From assembly GCA_046563655.1 (NCBI GenBank), contig CM102286.1, positions 8,928,001 through 8,992,000 on the forward strand: a DNA stretch of 64,000 bases, in the 5' to 3' direction. This document shows, piece after piece, positions 1 through 10,852 of this stretch. The notes beneath the pieces are model-generated. The model saw only the letters and a list, made by a program, of their open reading frames with translations, had not been told where the DNA came from and did not search any database. Made by a program: the position numbers and the translations under genes. This DNA comes from Yuukianura sp. NJ FZ-2021. Its lineage: Eukaryota. The stretch's first letter is position 1. Each line of letters opens with the position of its first letter.

Positions 1-1866
1 CATGGCCACAGTGTCCAATTTGGTTCCGCACATTGGACCAAACACTGCCCATCCAAACTTTGTCTCGGTTGCAGTGAGTCCACTGGCCAACCGCTGGATC
101 CTTCCAGTCAAAATTCTTCCCATAGCGTCCGCTCCAAGTAGTACTTCGACTTCCATTGGGTTTTTCGGATCCACGTCACTGAGTCTCACTCCCCTCCTCT
201 TAAACTGCTGAATCCATGGACCATCAGGAATCCTAGGAACTTCACCACAGATGTATTCCTGGTCCATCAGCGTAAACAAAGATGAAAACTTGTTGAGGGG
301 ACTGCCAATGTTCACTTCAAAAATTGAATGTCGGTTTCCCACGACTTCATTTCCACCAAACAGCAAGTGATTCATAGTCACAGTCTCCTTCACATCCAAA
401 TTCAGGGCCTCGGCAGTCTTCTTCAGGATGTAGGATTTTTGGGAACCACAATCCAAAATCATCCTCACATTTCTGGTTTGATGTGTCACTGGATTTTCCA
501 TCCGAACAATTAGTGTACGTAGGAGCACTTCACTGGTACAGTTCAAACTGCTGAGAACTGTCTGCTCTTCCGTAGCCACTTTCGGTTTCACTTCTGCACC
601 AGGACACAAAAGAATAGCATGTCTCTTCCCACAAAGTAAACACTTAACACGAATGTTGCACTTTGAGACGACATGACCAACTTTGAGACATGAGAAACAT
701 GCACGTTTCTTGGAAGCAATTTCCTTCTTCTCTTCCAACTTCATCTTCTGGGCTTTGTAACAATTGTTGGAGTCGTGGGGCTTCTCACAAAAAATGCATG
801 AGACTTTTCCCGCCTTCCCACCTCCACTTGTTCCACTAAAAAGTCCAGCTGAAGTTGGAAAGTCCTCATCTGAGTATTGCTGTCGATTCTGGACTTTCCG
901 TTTTTCTTGAATGAGGCCGAATCCAGACCGGGCTAACTTCCGCTGTTCCTCATTCTCGATCTCGATCTTCAGAAACGACATTAGAAAATCCAGTTCCGAT
1001 TTTGGAGGATTTTCTTTCGATCCGTCCTTCCCAAAATTCGGACTGCGCTGCCAGGCAAGAAGAACATCTTCCGGCAGACTGGATTCCACCATTGGAAATA
1101 AAAATTCCACCATTTGCTCCATGCTGACACCAAGTGATTCCAAGGAACGTAGTGAAGCCTCCAACTTGTCAAAAAGTGTAGCGAGTGGCGTCTTCTCCTT
1201 TGAGCGATTATCCAAAATCAATTTAATCAGCTCACGGACGTACACTTGCTTGAGCAATTTCTCCTTGCCGAATCGTTCCTTCAGTGCAGCAAGGGCTTTC
1301 GGGTAATTTTCAGAAGACTGGGGATAACGCTTCACAACTTCTTCTGCACGTGAGCCCAACACCATGGACTGCACCAAGTAACTGAATTTGTCTGAATCGT
1401 GGAGCTCCTCATCTTCATCAATTTTCTTGAATTGGGCCCACCAACCCAACCAGTCCGTCAAATCTCCGTTGAATTTCATCAAATCGATCTTCGGCAGTTT
1501 GACACGACGACTGTAGGCGTTGGATGACTCGCTTCTCGTTGGACTGACTGGGCGTTGACTTTTCCACAGATTCTGGAGTTTCGTTTCTGCCTTGACTTTG
1601 ACTAAAGTTGCCTTCTTCCGAAACTCCCGACTTTCCGTCCGTTCTGAGGAAAGGGCACACCCATCAACATCTTCCATATCCAAAATAAACTCCTTGATCT
1701 TCTCATCAAGTTCGGACAATGTTTGTAGAGAAGAATCCAGTAACTGCAGTGACGTCACGATCTCATCTGGGTTCACTGGTTCTTTCTGCAATTCATCTTC
1801 AAGTGACTTGACTATTTCCAGTACGTCACTCCTCTCAGCAGCTCTTTCACGTTTAGCTCTCTCCAT
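1..1866 (-). CDS. BEL/Pao LTR retrotransposon gag-pol polyprotein, N-terminal part (runs off the window start)
   Basis: Minus-strand frame from ATG at 1866 (MERAKRERAAERSDV...), absent from the ORF track because no stop is reached. It reads VKLPKIDLMKFNGDLTDWLGWWAQF (Pao gag), zinc knuckles CIFCEKPHDSNNC / CFSCLKVGHVVSKC / CLLCGKRHAILLC, protease motif ILDCGSQKSY and VLLGAD. Collinear with the 41344-46587 polyprotein. Confidence 0.93.
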   Translation of the reverse strand, partial: MERAKRERAAERSDVLEIVKSLEDELQKEPVNPDEIVTSLQLLDSSLQTLSELDEKIKEFILDMEDVDGCALSSERTESREFRKKATLVKVKAETKLQNLWKSQRPVSPTRSESSNAYSRRVKLPKIDLMKFNGDLTDWLGWWAQFKKIDEDEELHDSDKFSYLVQSMVLGSRAEEVVKRYPQSSENYPKALAALKERFGKEKLLKQVYVRELIKLILDNRSKEKTPLATLFDKLEASLRSLESLGVSMEQMVEFLFPMVESSLPEDVLLAWQRSPNFGKDGSKENPPKSELDFLMSFLKIEIENEEQRKLARSGFGLIQEKRKVQNRQQYSDEDFPTSAGLFSGTSGGGKAGKVSCIFCEKPHDSNNCYKAQKMKLEEKKEIASKKRACFSCLKVGHVVSKCNIRVKCLLCGKRHAILLCPGAEVKPKVATEEQTVLSSLNCTSEVLLRTLIVRMENPVTHQTRNVRMILDCGSQKSYILKKTAEALNLDVKETVTMNHLLFGGNEVVGNRHSIFEVNIGSPLNKFSSLFTLMDQEYICGEVPRIPDGPWIQQFKRRGVRLSDVDPKNPMEVEVLLGADAMGRILTGRIQRLASGLTATETKFGWAVFGPMCGTKLDTVAM

Positions 1867-2526
1867 TACTCAAAAGGTAAACAAAAGAAAACCAAGTATC
1901 AGAATTTTGGTTTAACCAATTGATCTGAACGATCGTCACCTCAGGAAGTCCCGTTCCGGTTGGGACAGACCACTACGTATTCGATTGTGGCAGTATCGGC
2001 TCCACACCCGGACGATACTCCAACTGGCTCCTGTAGTGTCCAAAAGTGTCTAACGAACGACGTCTGGAACTCTCCTTGTCAGGTAACTGCTCCACCACTC
2101 CAATCAACTTGAGGCCAAGGGTCACCAAAATGTTAGAAAGTCGACCAGAAAACTAACCGTTAACTGCTCTTTCTGAGTTCCTACAAATGACTGGCCGGAG
2201 CAACTGACTAACTGACCAATGACTGGACAGGACGACTCAAAACTACCAACTCGTAGTTAATTGACTAAACCTTTTTAATTGATCAAAACGATTAATCCAA
2301 ATCTTACAGATTCTCCTCTTATACTTGTATCTTAACTTGTTACGACTTGTTAACACTAAACTTAACACCTCGAGGTGAGAAACCTTGAGCGCAGGCGTAA
2401 AGCCTATTTTAAATTTAGAAAACCAGAAAGAGAAAACGCGCTCAAAATTCTCACTTCCTAAAAACTAAACATTTCTAAAAACTAATCTTGAAAACACAAA
2501 AAATGAAAACACTCACTTATCCAACA
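1..2526 (-). mobile_element. BEL/Pao LTR retrotransposon, 5' portion (5' LTR, PBS, leader, gag-protease)
   Basis: On the minus strand the LTR ends ...TTTCTAACA at 2131, followed after 3 nt by PBS TGGTGACCCTTGGCC (2113-2127). The outer LTR boundary is a guess (TGTT candidates at 2471, 2526, 2591) because the second LTR is outside the window. Confidence 0.85.
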
Positions 2527-2689
2527 ACTACTAAGTTCAGAACTGATGACTTCTAGATTCAGAGTTCACTGTTTAAGTAGCCCTCGAAACAATGCTTGAA
2601 TGAATTTTAAAAAATTTTCAAAAAACGTTTTTTTCTTGTGAAAAGTTGTTTTGAAAAGAACTTTTCGAATTTTCTATGAAAAATTCCAA

Positions 2690-3560
2690 TACTTGTGTTT
2701 TGACTTTTTCGTTGTCGACCTTTTTGATGTCGGCCTTTTTGTTGTTGACATTTTTGACATTTTAGATATTGAGATTTTGTCATTATGTATTTTTTGAGGG
2801 GTTTTCCCCTCCCCAATATTGCGCCCGAGTAGCCCCCGCGGCTGAGCTAAAAATAATTACGTGAAGTCACCCCCGAATACTCTACTGACCGGAAGTGGTT
2901 TGCGGTTTCTTTTGGCAGCCTAACCGGAAGTGGTTTGCGGTTTGTTTTGGCAGTGGCCGAGTGGCACCCCACTAATCCTCTGACCAGCCGAATGTACTGC
3001 CCATGCACCATCCTTGATCTTCTTGGTCCCGGGAACCCAGAAAAGGGCTCCCGGGACATTTCAATTTCAAAATGCTCGCTTGACCTTGAAAAACAAATTG
3101 GAATGACCTTGAACAAATTTATACGAAATTGCAAATGGGCGCGCATGACCTTGACACAAATGCATATGCCAATGCAACGGGCACGCGCGACCTTGAAAAA
3201 TTTGGCGTGACCTTGAAATTTGGGGTTGGGGTAATCTGGGGAAGTTTGCCTAAAGTTTTAAAAGCCACTTCAATTTCCAAGTTTCAAAACATTTTCCAAT
3301 TTCCAAATTTTAGGAAAAAATTCTTTTATTTTATTTTTTTTGTAAAAAAAAATGATTTTTTTAAAATTGTTTTTTTTTTTTCAAAAATTGATTTTTTTTT
3401 GTGGTTTGGGGGAGGGGGTCACGTGGGGGGGGGGAGGAGAGGGATATATAGCAGGGGGATATATAGTGGGGGGGGGTATGGGGGGTGCGGAAGGGGGGGG
3501 GCTGACGTCATGTGCAAAAACGTTTTTGCGCAGACGCGGCGGCCATTTTGAAAATCAGGA
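2690..3560. repeat. Degenerate repeat-rich segment, probably fragments of non-autonomous elements
   Basis: Reiterated GTCGAC/GAC-T-run motifs (2690-2780), a duplicated ACCGGAAGTGGTTTGCGGTTT, several GACCTTGA motifs (3080-3220) and a G-run block (3405-3502). No termini identified. Confidence 0.35.
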
Positions 3561-3799
3561 GTTTCCTTGCCACTGCCATTAGCTGACAGATCACTAAAAT
3601 TGCAAAAAAAATTAGCACTTGTGCTCACTGGAAAATTGGGGAAAAAATTTAACTGTCACCTTCATCGACTGACCGTGGTTCAAATCCACCGCAGGATAAT
3701 CTTTTTCGTTGGGAAAGGAAACTCATGTCAATTTTTTTTAATTATCAAAATTTTTTGGTTAATTTATTTTTAGAAACGGTTGAGAGCCATGCTGGTTGT

Positions 3800-5029
3800 C
3801 AGTGTTGCTGGATATCCACTTTTTCGACATTTCATCCACGGCTGGATATCCAGTGGAAGGACGAAATGGATGAATCCAAAGGGGTGGAGCTACGCCCGCG
3901 AGTTTAGGTTGGTTTGAAAATAAATAAAAGAAAGCAAGAACCAAAACTCAAACAAATCTCTTCTTTTCCAAGTTTAATGATTCAAAACGTGTTAGAAAGT
4001 ATTTAATTTTTTTAACTTAATTAAAATTAACGTTAGGCTTAATAATCACAACGTAACAATAATAAATAATCACAAGTCTTCCTTCGATTACTGTCTGCAC
4101 GGCCACATCAAAAGGTATACCGTCTTCCAGTGATCCACGCTGGAGCCTCCTGATGGAATTTAGAGGAGCCTTAAAACAACCAAACCACGCATCAAAAAAA
4201 TTACAAAGTACAAGCGCCCGTGCATTAAATAAAATTAATCGCCAGTGGGTTTTCTTTGTGTAGTCACCTGGTTGTTTGATTTCCGATGTAACCACCACCA
4301 CGATCAGAACCACAATATAAGAGGGTGCCCAAGCATCAGTCCACGAAGTTGTAAGAGAGTAACATGCAATATCGACGGTACTACATGTCACAGGCGTAGA
4401 CGGAGCTAGCACTGGAGCATGTAGTACCACCGACGTTTCAGTCGGACCAGTTCCCGATTTTTTTTCTGCATGGGTGCAGCTAGTAGTGGGTCTTCAAGTT
4501 AGGATAATAAATCCATTCGATCGTTGTGATTCATGGTGTTTACCAGTCCAGTGTCATCTGTAAAATATAATACAATAATTAACTCAACTCTAGTCTTTCC
4601 TACTAGTCAGCATCCACTAGTCAGTTCTAGTCATCAGCAACTCTAGTCAATAGTTTTAAGTTTTTATAGTTTTATTTCATTAATAAGATTGATTACTCAC
4701 CTGCTTGTCCATCTTGAGGTCAAGTTTATTTTGATTCTGGTCTAGAACTAAAAGTATAGAGGTCGAATTGGTAGTGCTGAGGAAGAAGATGATTCTAAAG
4801 TAACTTGTAAACCTACTAAGAACATGAACAGAATAGGGAAACACGCTTCAAACTGTTTGTTTACATTAGTATTTTGGAATTCTAAGTTTGAATTTAAAGA
4901 TTTTCGCGCACAATTTCTTATTTCTTCCATCCACCAAATGATTCATCCATTTGGGACTCATTTCTTCCACTGGATATCCAGTGGAAGTGGCAATTAAGCC
5001 ACTGGACGTTTAAGCATCCAGCAACACTG
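3800..5029. mobile_element. Non-autonomous hAT DNA transposon (1230 bp)
   Basis: Perfect 14-bp TIRs CAGTGTTGCTGGAT (3800-3813) / ATCCAGCAACACTG (5016-5029). Exact 8-bp TSD CTGGTTGT (3792-3799 and 5030-5037). Subterminal CTGGATATCCAGTGGAAG motifs at both ends. No transposase ORF. Confidence 0.92.
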
Positions 5030-5384
5030 CTGGTTGTATATGAACCTCGCGTTCACCTTTGACATCAAAAGTTTGTCGCAATCCTGCGTCTAATACTATG
5101 TCAAAATGATCGTCTGATCCGATATTGAATGTTCGTCCATTGAAGGTTAAATTTAAACTGAGTTTAAACTCGGATTTAAACTCCGGTTAAATTTTTTGGG
5201 TTCAGCCAACGCCGGTTAAAGTTTAACCGGCGTTTAAATTCCTTAAACGGAGTTTAAATTTAACTGGCCGAATTTCCTCGGTTAGTGAGTTAGCAAGAGA
5301 TTGAAAAAGTGAGTGAAACCTGACCAGCTTTAAAATACACAGAAATCGTAAGCAAAGTAAATAAACCGGTTGTAAACCGCCCAT

Positions 5385-6801
5385 ACTGATAATAGCGAAG
5401 CAATAGGGCCTCCCGAAGGGGGTTTGTTCCCCCCACTTTCCCGCCTCCCCCCCGGGGGAGTAGGGGTGTGTTCCCCCCACTTTCCCGCCCCCCCCCGGGG
5501 TAGTGGGGGTGTGTTCCCCCCACTTTCCCGCCCCCCAGGGGGTGTTGACAGGTGAGACGTGACAGCTGAGGCGTGACAGGTGACAGGTGAGACGTGACAG
5601 GTGGCACCCGGCAAGTGACACTTGAGGGTGAGTGACAGGTGACACGAGGCACGTGACAGGTGACACCCGGCAAGTGACAGGTGACACCCGGCAAGTGACA
5701 GGTGACACCCGGCAAGTGACAGGTGACACCCGGTATGTGAATGGTGACACCCGGCAATTAACAGGTGACAGGTGACACCCGGCAAGTGACAGGTGACACC
5801 CGGCAATTAACAGGTGACAGGTGACACCCGGCAAGTGACAGGTGACAGGTGACACCCGGCAAGTGACAGGTGACAGGTGACACCCGGCAAGTGACAGGTG
5901 ACACCCGGAGGACACAGTGCAGAGTGTGTAAAGTGTATATGTCAACTGCGTAATAGATTTTTTGTTAAGCAGAGAACCAAGTCCCATGCCAATTGCCTTT
6001 CCAAATTGCCAAACTAAAGCCCCCCCCCCCTCCAAGAGTGAGCGGGGGTGTGTTCCTCCAACTTTCCCGCCCCGCCGGGGGAGCGGGGGTGTGCTTTCCC
6101 GCTTTTTTGCTCCGCACCTCAGGAGACGTGGGGGTGTGTTACCCCCACTTTCCCGCTCCCCCCAGGGGGTGTTGACATGTGAGACGTGACAGCTGAGGCG
6201 TGACAGGTGACAGGTGAGACGTGACAGGTGACACCCGGCAAGTGACACGTGAGGGTGACAGGTGACACGTGAGTGTGACAGGTGACACGCGGCACGTGAC
6301 AGATGACACCCGGCAAGTGACAAGTGACACCCGGTATGTGACAGGTGACACCCGGTATGTAACAGGTGACACCCGGCAAGTGACAGGTGACACCCGGTGG
6401 ACACAGTGCACGTGTGTAAAGTGTAATGTCAACTGCGTAATAGATTTTTTGCTAAGCAGAGAACCAACTCCCATGCCAATTGCCTTTCCAGTCTCACAAG
6501 CAGAGTTTTTTGTACCCACACTTGCATTACAAATGGATTTTGAAATCGATTTTGACCCGGAAGGAGGTGACCTAGGGTCACACATTAAACACAAAAGTTG
6601 TTCCCCTCGATGAGATGAACAACTTTTGTAGAGGTCATTTCCCATGTTACTGGGGATAAAACCGGTTGACCTTGACCTTTCACCCGGAAGGAGTTGACAC
6701 ACGGGGGTCATATTCAGTAGTGACCAAGCCCGGGTCATGACATGGTCACCGGTGAAAACCGGAATGAAATCGGACCAGTAGTTTCTGAGATAATTAATCC
6801 G

Positions 6802-6840
<39 letters not shown>

Positions 6841-6885
6841 GGACAGACAAACCTCTTTTATAATAGCTTCGCTATTATAGTAACT
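5385..6885. mobile_element. Helentron/DINE-like non-autonomous element with internal minisatellite and (GACA)n microsatellite
   Basis: Subterminal inverted repeat ATAATAGCGAAGC (5389-5401) / GCTTCGCTATTAT (6866-6878). The 3' copy is part of hairpin TATAATAGC-TTC-GCTATTATA. (GACA)n at ~6802-6849, TGACC-rich body, no TSD. Confidence 0.65.
5420..6490. repeat. Composite minisatellite (GTGACAG / GTGACACCCGGCAA units plus CCCCCACTTTCCCGC units) in two tandem blocks
   Basis: The units are directly visible. Each block ends in the shared tail GTCAACTGCGTAATAGATTTTTTG-TAAGCAGAGAACCAA-TCCCATGCCAATTGCCTTTCCA (~5941-6004 and ~6428-6490). Confidence 0.92.
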
Positions 6886-6889
6886 AACA

Positions 6890-7246
6890 GTGGCACCAAA
6901 AACGCAGGCAGAAGAAAACTACAACAAAAGTCCAAGCACGCAACTGCATTGAAAGGGGAACGGAATACTTAAAAGACGATTTGCGATACTAAAATATGGC
7001 TTAAGAGTGAAAACGGAGAGCATTCCTAGCATTGTCGTAGCTACAGTTGTTTTACACAACATTGCTACAATGGTAGGCGAAGATGAGCCTCCAAGGGATC
7101 GTGAACTTTCTGATTTTTTGGACCAACAAAAACTTAAAGGATGTACTGTCGATTTTGAACAACCAGAAGACTACTTATCAGCTTAAAAAGGGGGTACTGC
7201 TAATACCACACGACGTTCAGCCTTAATACGAGATCACTTTAATTGA
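6890..7246 (+). pseudogene. Harbinger DDE transposase (HARBI1-like) C-terminal remnant
   Basis: Reads PKTQAEENYNK / ARNCIER / GILKRRFAILKYGLRVKTESIPSIVVATVVLHNIA...RRSALIRDHFN*, with frameshifts and an internal TAA near 7184. The N-terminal part is absent. Confidence 0.85.
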
Positions 7247-7287
7247 GCTTGTTAATATTACTTTTTAAAGTGATTACATAGGAATAC

Positions 7288-8240
7288 TTACAACTTTTTC
7301 AAATAAAATTCAGTTTTCGCTTCCAACATGCGAAGTTTTGCTTTATGCTCCACTTCAGCCATTTCAAGTAGGCGCTCATAATATTGTTTTTTGGTAAGAG
7401 CTAGTTCCCCTACGTTAGTTGTGGCATCAACCTTCTTTTCCGTCAGTGTTCCTATTTTAAGGATAGGGCGGTCTCTACCTTTCCAGCAGTTACTGCATAA
7501 CTTCGTAGCTGAGCTTAGGTTTGGCGTGTTGTTTTGGACCACTGAACTGGATGTAGAAGGACGAGCATCAGTACTGTAAAGTACACGTTGATTTGTGGTG
7601 AAGTTCGTCTTATCCTCTGCCACTGCAGTAATCGATGTCAGAGGGAAGCTGTCTGCTTGATGAGAGTCTTGTCCCAATACCTCCACGATTTCGATGTTAT
7701 CAACTACCGGAGTATCTGCAAATTGAAAGACAAAAATAATATTTAGATAGAACTAAACTTTTCAAACACATTGAATAAGTGATATAATTTAACATTATAA
7801 CGTTACAAATTCACTAGTTTACCTGTATCAAGAGCTTCACCGTTGTAAACAGCGTCCGAGTCGAAAGGATTGAGGGGGGTTACCTTTGGCCCAAGAATCG
7901 CCAAAAGTTTTTCATCAATGAAATCTAGTTCAGTTTCAGTTTCATCTGTTCCAGCTCCAGTTTTGTAACGCTTGACCTTGTCACTGGCAGCAGTTTTCTT
8001 GGTTTTCTTTTTCAAATTCTCGTACAAAGTCCTCAAGTTATCCGCTGTACGACTTACACTGGCCACAGAATTGAATTGAAGGGTGATCTCACTCCATGCT
8101 TCGGATTTTTGCTTTGTCGTAACGGAGTCTGTTTTTGTGCATTCGATAATTTCTTTGAACTTTGACAAAACTATATCAATCAATATCTCCCTGTCTTCAG
8201 ATGAAAAGTTAGGTCCTCTCTTTCGTTTCTGAAACTCCAT
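7288..8240 (-). CDS. Harbinger-associated Myb/SANT-like DNA-binding protein (2 exons, 281 aa)
   Basis: Exon 8240-7823 (RKRGPNFSSEDREILIDIV...KSEAWSEITLQFNS...LRTLYENLKKKTKK) joins in frame through a GT-AG intron (7822-7716) to exon 7715-7288, which ends in a coiled-coil-like tail (YYERLLEMAEVEHKAKLRMLE). Confidence 0.88.
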
Positions 8241-8437
8241 TAATTACTAATCAATCAGAAACTAGAATAGTTAGTTAGAACCTGCCTATGCAATTTGGTA
8301 AAGAGGAGAGAGGAGATCACAAGTTTCGCTCAGTTTAGAATCTAATTTTAGTTTGAAATTTGTAAACAAACTGTTCAACTTTCGCGGTGCTCTTGTTTCT
8401 GCCAATCAGACCACTTGCACAATAATTGTGCAGCTTA

Positions 8438-9160
8438 CCGTAAATCCTCTAATACAAGCGCGTACTCTAATATAAGCGCACTCTCTATTACAAGCGCGGT
8501 TCCGAAAAGTGAAATTGAGATATAAGCGCGGTATGTTATATTCCATTCTGTCACTACATGTTTGTTTTGAAATCCAACAATAACAACTAGCAAGTAAGAT
8601 GAAGCTGTGAAAACCAAAACATTTACAGTTTGACCTTAGTTTTAAGTTACAAGTGGTCGAATATGCTTCAAAGAATTGCTGGTCAGTATACCGCCGCTCA
8701 TTTGGCCAACATCATAAAGAAGTTTTCATTTTGTCCAAACAAAAAGATAGAACAGGTAATGAACATTTTGAATTTAATGAAACTTATGACTTTCTTTGTC
8801 GTTTCCTTACGTCAGTCGCGAGCACAAAGTCGAATGGAGGGGTTACTTTGAAAAAACTGAAAAGGTCGGACGACTGAAACAAAAACTAAGACGACTGGCA
8901 CTGGCAGGAAACAACTTTCTATTGATGCGGTAAATTAGTGCACGATTGGATTTTGGATCAGCGTAAAAGACAGCTCGTGTCTCTCAAGTATCTCTTATAG
9001 TGTCGTTTGTCGTTATAAATGTTAGATAAATGATGATCTCACGCTGGATTAGATTGAAAAATTTTCGTATTATTCCGGTATTAATTTGTCACTCTATTTG
9101 AAGCGCGTCTCAAATCGGAAAAATTTTTATAAGCGCGCGCTTATATTAGAGGATTTACGG
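8438..9160 (+). mobile_element. pogo/Tigger-like (Tc1/mariner) non-autonomous element, 723 bp
   Basis: TIRs CCGTAAATCCTCTAATA(C/T)AAGCGCG at both ends, flanked by TA (8436-8437, 9161-9162). Internal transposase-like remnants FDLSFKLQVVEYASKN (~8629-8676) and WILDQRKR (~8947-8970). Confidence 0.9.
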
Positions 9161-9701
9161 TAATCCAATTTCCTATTCTCACGTTAACCGGAGTTTTACT
9201 AAACGGAGTTTAACTTTTTGAAAAGTTGGTTGGCTGAAACAACAAAAGTTAACCGTCAGGTAAAAAAGTAAACTGAGTTTAACTAAACTCAGTTTAGCGC
9301 AATTTTAACCTGCAATGAACGAACTGGGCATGAAAACCTTTTGTAGAAGTTATTTTTATTTCATCTGCGGCTTAAACCAACTCTCTACTCTGTACTTGGA
9401 AAAAAAATAGTTGTTTTCCGATGTCCGTTAATTTTCGGTAAATCTAAAGTTTCACTGTGTTAGAGTAGTCTGAAAAACCTAGTTTTATATTAGGCTAATG
9501 GGATGACTTTGTTCGCTGCATGCTGTATTTTCTCAAGATAACTTGGATTTAATTCATTTCTACATTTATTTCTACAATTTACATAGATTTGATGCCGAGT
9601 TTGCGCTAAAGAGGGAGAGGGAACGTATTTTTCAAATTAGTAATTTATTACTTAAAAAAGTTAAAAAGTTTTACTGGGAAAAAAGAAATTCAGTCTTGTA
9701 A

Positions 9702-10852
9702 AGGCCGTTTCACACCGGAGCTCTGGATGGATTTTCCGTCCACTGGACGTCCAGTCCATGGATAAAATTTTGACTCTTTCACACCAGATTTTGGGGAAAG
9801 CGAGGGGTGGATTTTTTTTCCATGGATGGATTTTCCGTCCATTGGAAAAAAATTCCATGGATGCGGTGTGAACAGAGATTTTCCATTGAATTTCTGAAAA
9901 GCAAGTAAATGACCGGCGCGGAATTGTAATCCTTTTGCGAGTGACATGGCCCGTGACACATGAAAAAATTACCGTCAAAGTGGGTCAAAGGTCAAATTTC
10001 GAAATAATTGCTTGATTTTTCTAGAACTTGGCTCGTATGTGTCATATGACCTTTGACGCAATGCTGAAAAAGGTGTCATGATGTTTGACCTTTGACGTGA
10101 CCTTTGACCTTTGACATGATCAGTTCCTTCCATTTGAGTATAGTTTTATCAACCTGAGTAGTTTTGCCTAACGGAACCTAACCTATAGTCTCAGGGTGTG
10201 GTCGCAGGGTCGAGAGTCATGAGTCACTGGACAGAAGTTGATCCCATCATTGACCTAAGCAAGTTTGGTAGAGGTGAATCTTTCGGCTGGCGCGCAAGTC
10301 ACAAAGTTTTTCTAAATTGGACACTTCAGCTTTACTATAAACAACTAGATTAATAGCATGGCGCCATGCTTAACTTTACAACTCGTCCCCGTCGTGCAGT
10401 TTACCATCGTTATCCATTATAACTTTGATTAATTGTAAACAATAATTAACTTTCTACTAAAATCAAAGCGAAGTTGTAGTTGTGTATTGTTATTAGAAAA
10501 ACAAGTGCTGTTTGATTTGTTTTGTCGTTTTAAACTTTCGATCAGCGCGCCCGTGAGAAAATTGGGGCAAGGTAAGACAAATGTTAACTCAATCCAGACC
10601 AAAAGTTCACCTGAATGAACTTTTGGTCTGGATCGTTTCTCCCATCTCTCAGCATTACAAGAAAATCCAGTGGAAAAAATTTCCATGGATGGATTTTTTC
10701 GGTGTGAAAGAACGGAAATCCAGTCCATGGAAAAAAAATCCACCCCAACTTTCTCTGGATGATCCATCCAGACGGATTAAATCTGGTGTGAAAGACTGGA
10801 TTGCCGTCCAGTGGAAGGAAAATCCATCCAGTGGTCCGGTGTGAAACGGCCT
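9702..10852. mobile_element. PIF/Harbinger-type MITE
   Basis: Perfect TIRs AGGCCGTTTCACACCGGA / TCCGGTGTGAAACGGCCT with 3-bp TAA TSD (9699-9701, 10853-10855). Reiterated subterminal CCATGGATGGATTTT and TTTCACACC motifs. Confidence 0.92.
9899..10372. mobile_element. Possible Helentron-like insert nested in the Harbinger MITE
   Basis: TGACCTTTGAC repeats (10046-10115), a terminal palindrome AGCATGGCGCCATGCT (~10354-10369), and composition distinct from the MITE arms. Boundaries approximate. Confidence 0.45.

Larger units (their letters stand above)
5131..9329. mobile_element. PIF/Harbinger transposon, internally deleted, with two nested insertions
   Basis: Imperfect inverted termini GTTCGTCCATTGAAGGTTAAA (5131) vs TTTAACCTGCAATGAACGAAC (to 9324), with AAACTGAGTTT subterminal palindromes at both ends. 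Contains a transposase C-terminus and a convergent Myb/SANT gene. TSD not resolved. Confidence 0.8.

Noticed and set aside
5540..5910. Short-repeat array considered as CRISPR-like
   Set aside because: No unique spacers, eukaryotic context and no cas genes. It is a minisatellite.
5223..6738. Long ORFs (393, 199, 158, 155 aa) with CHLS/VTC repeats
   Set aside because: They are translations of the GTGACA minisatellite, open in several frames at once, with no sign of being real proteins.
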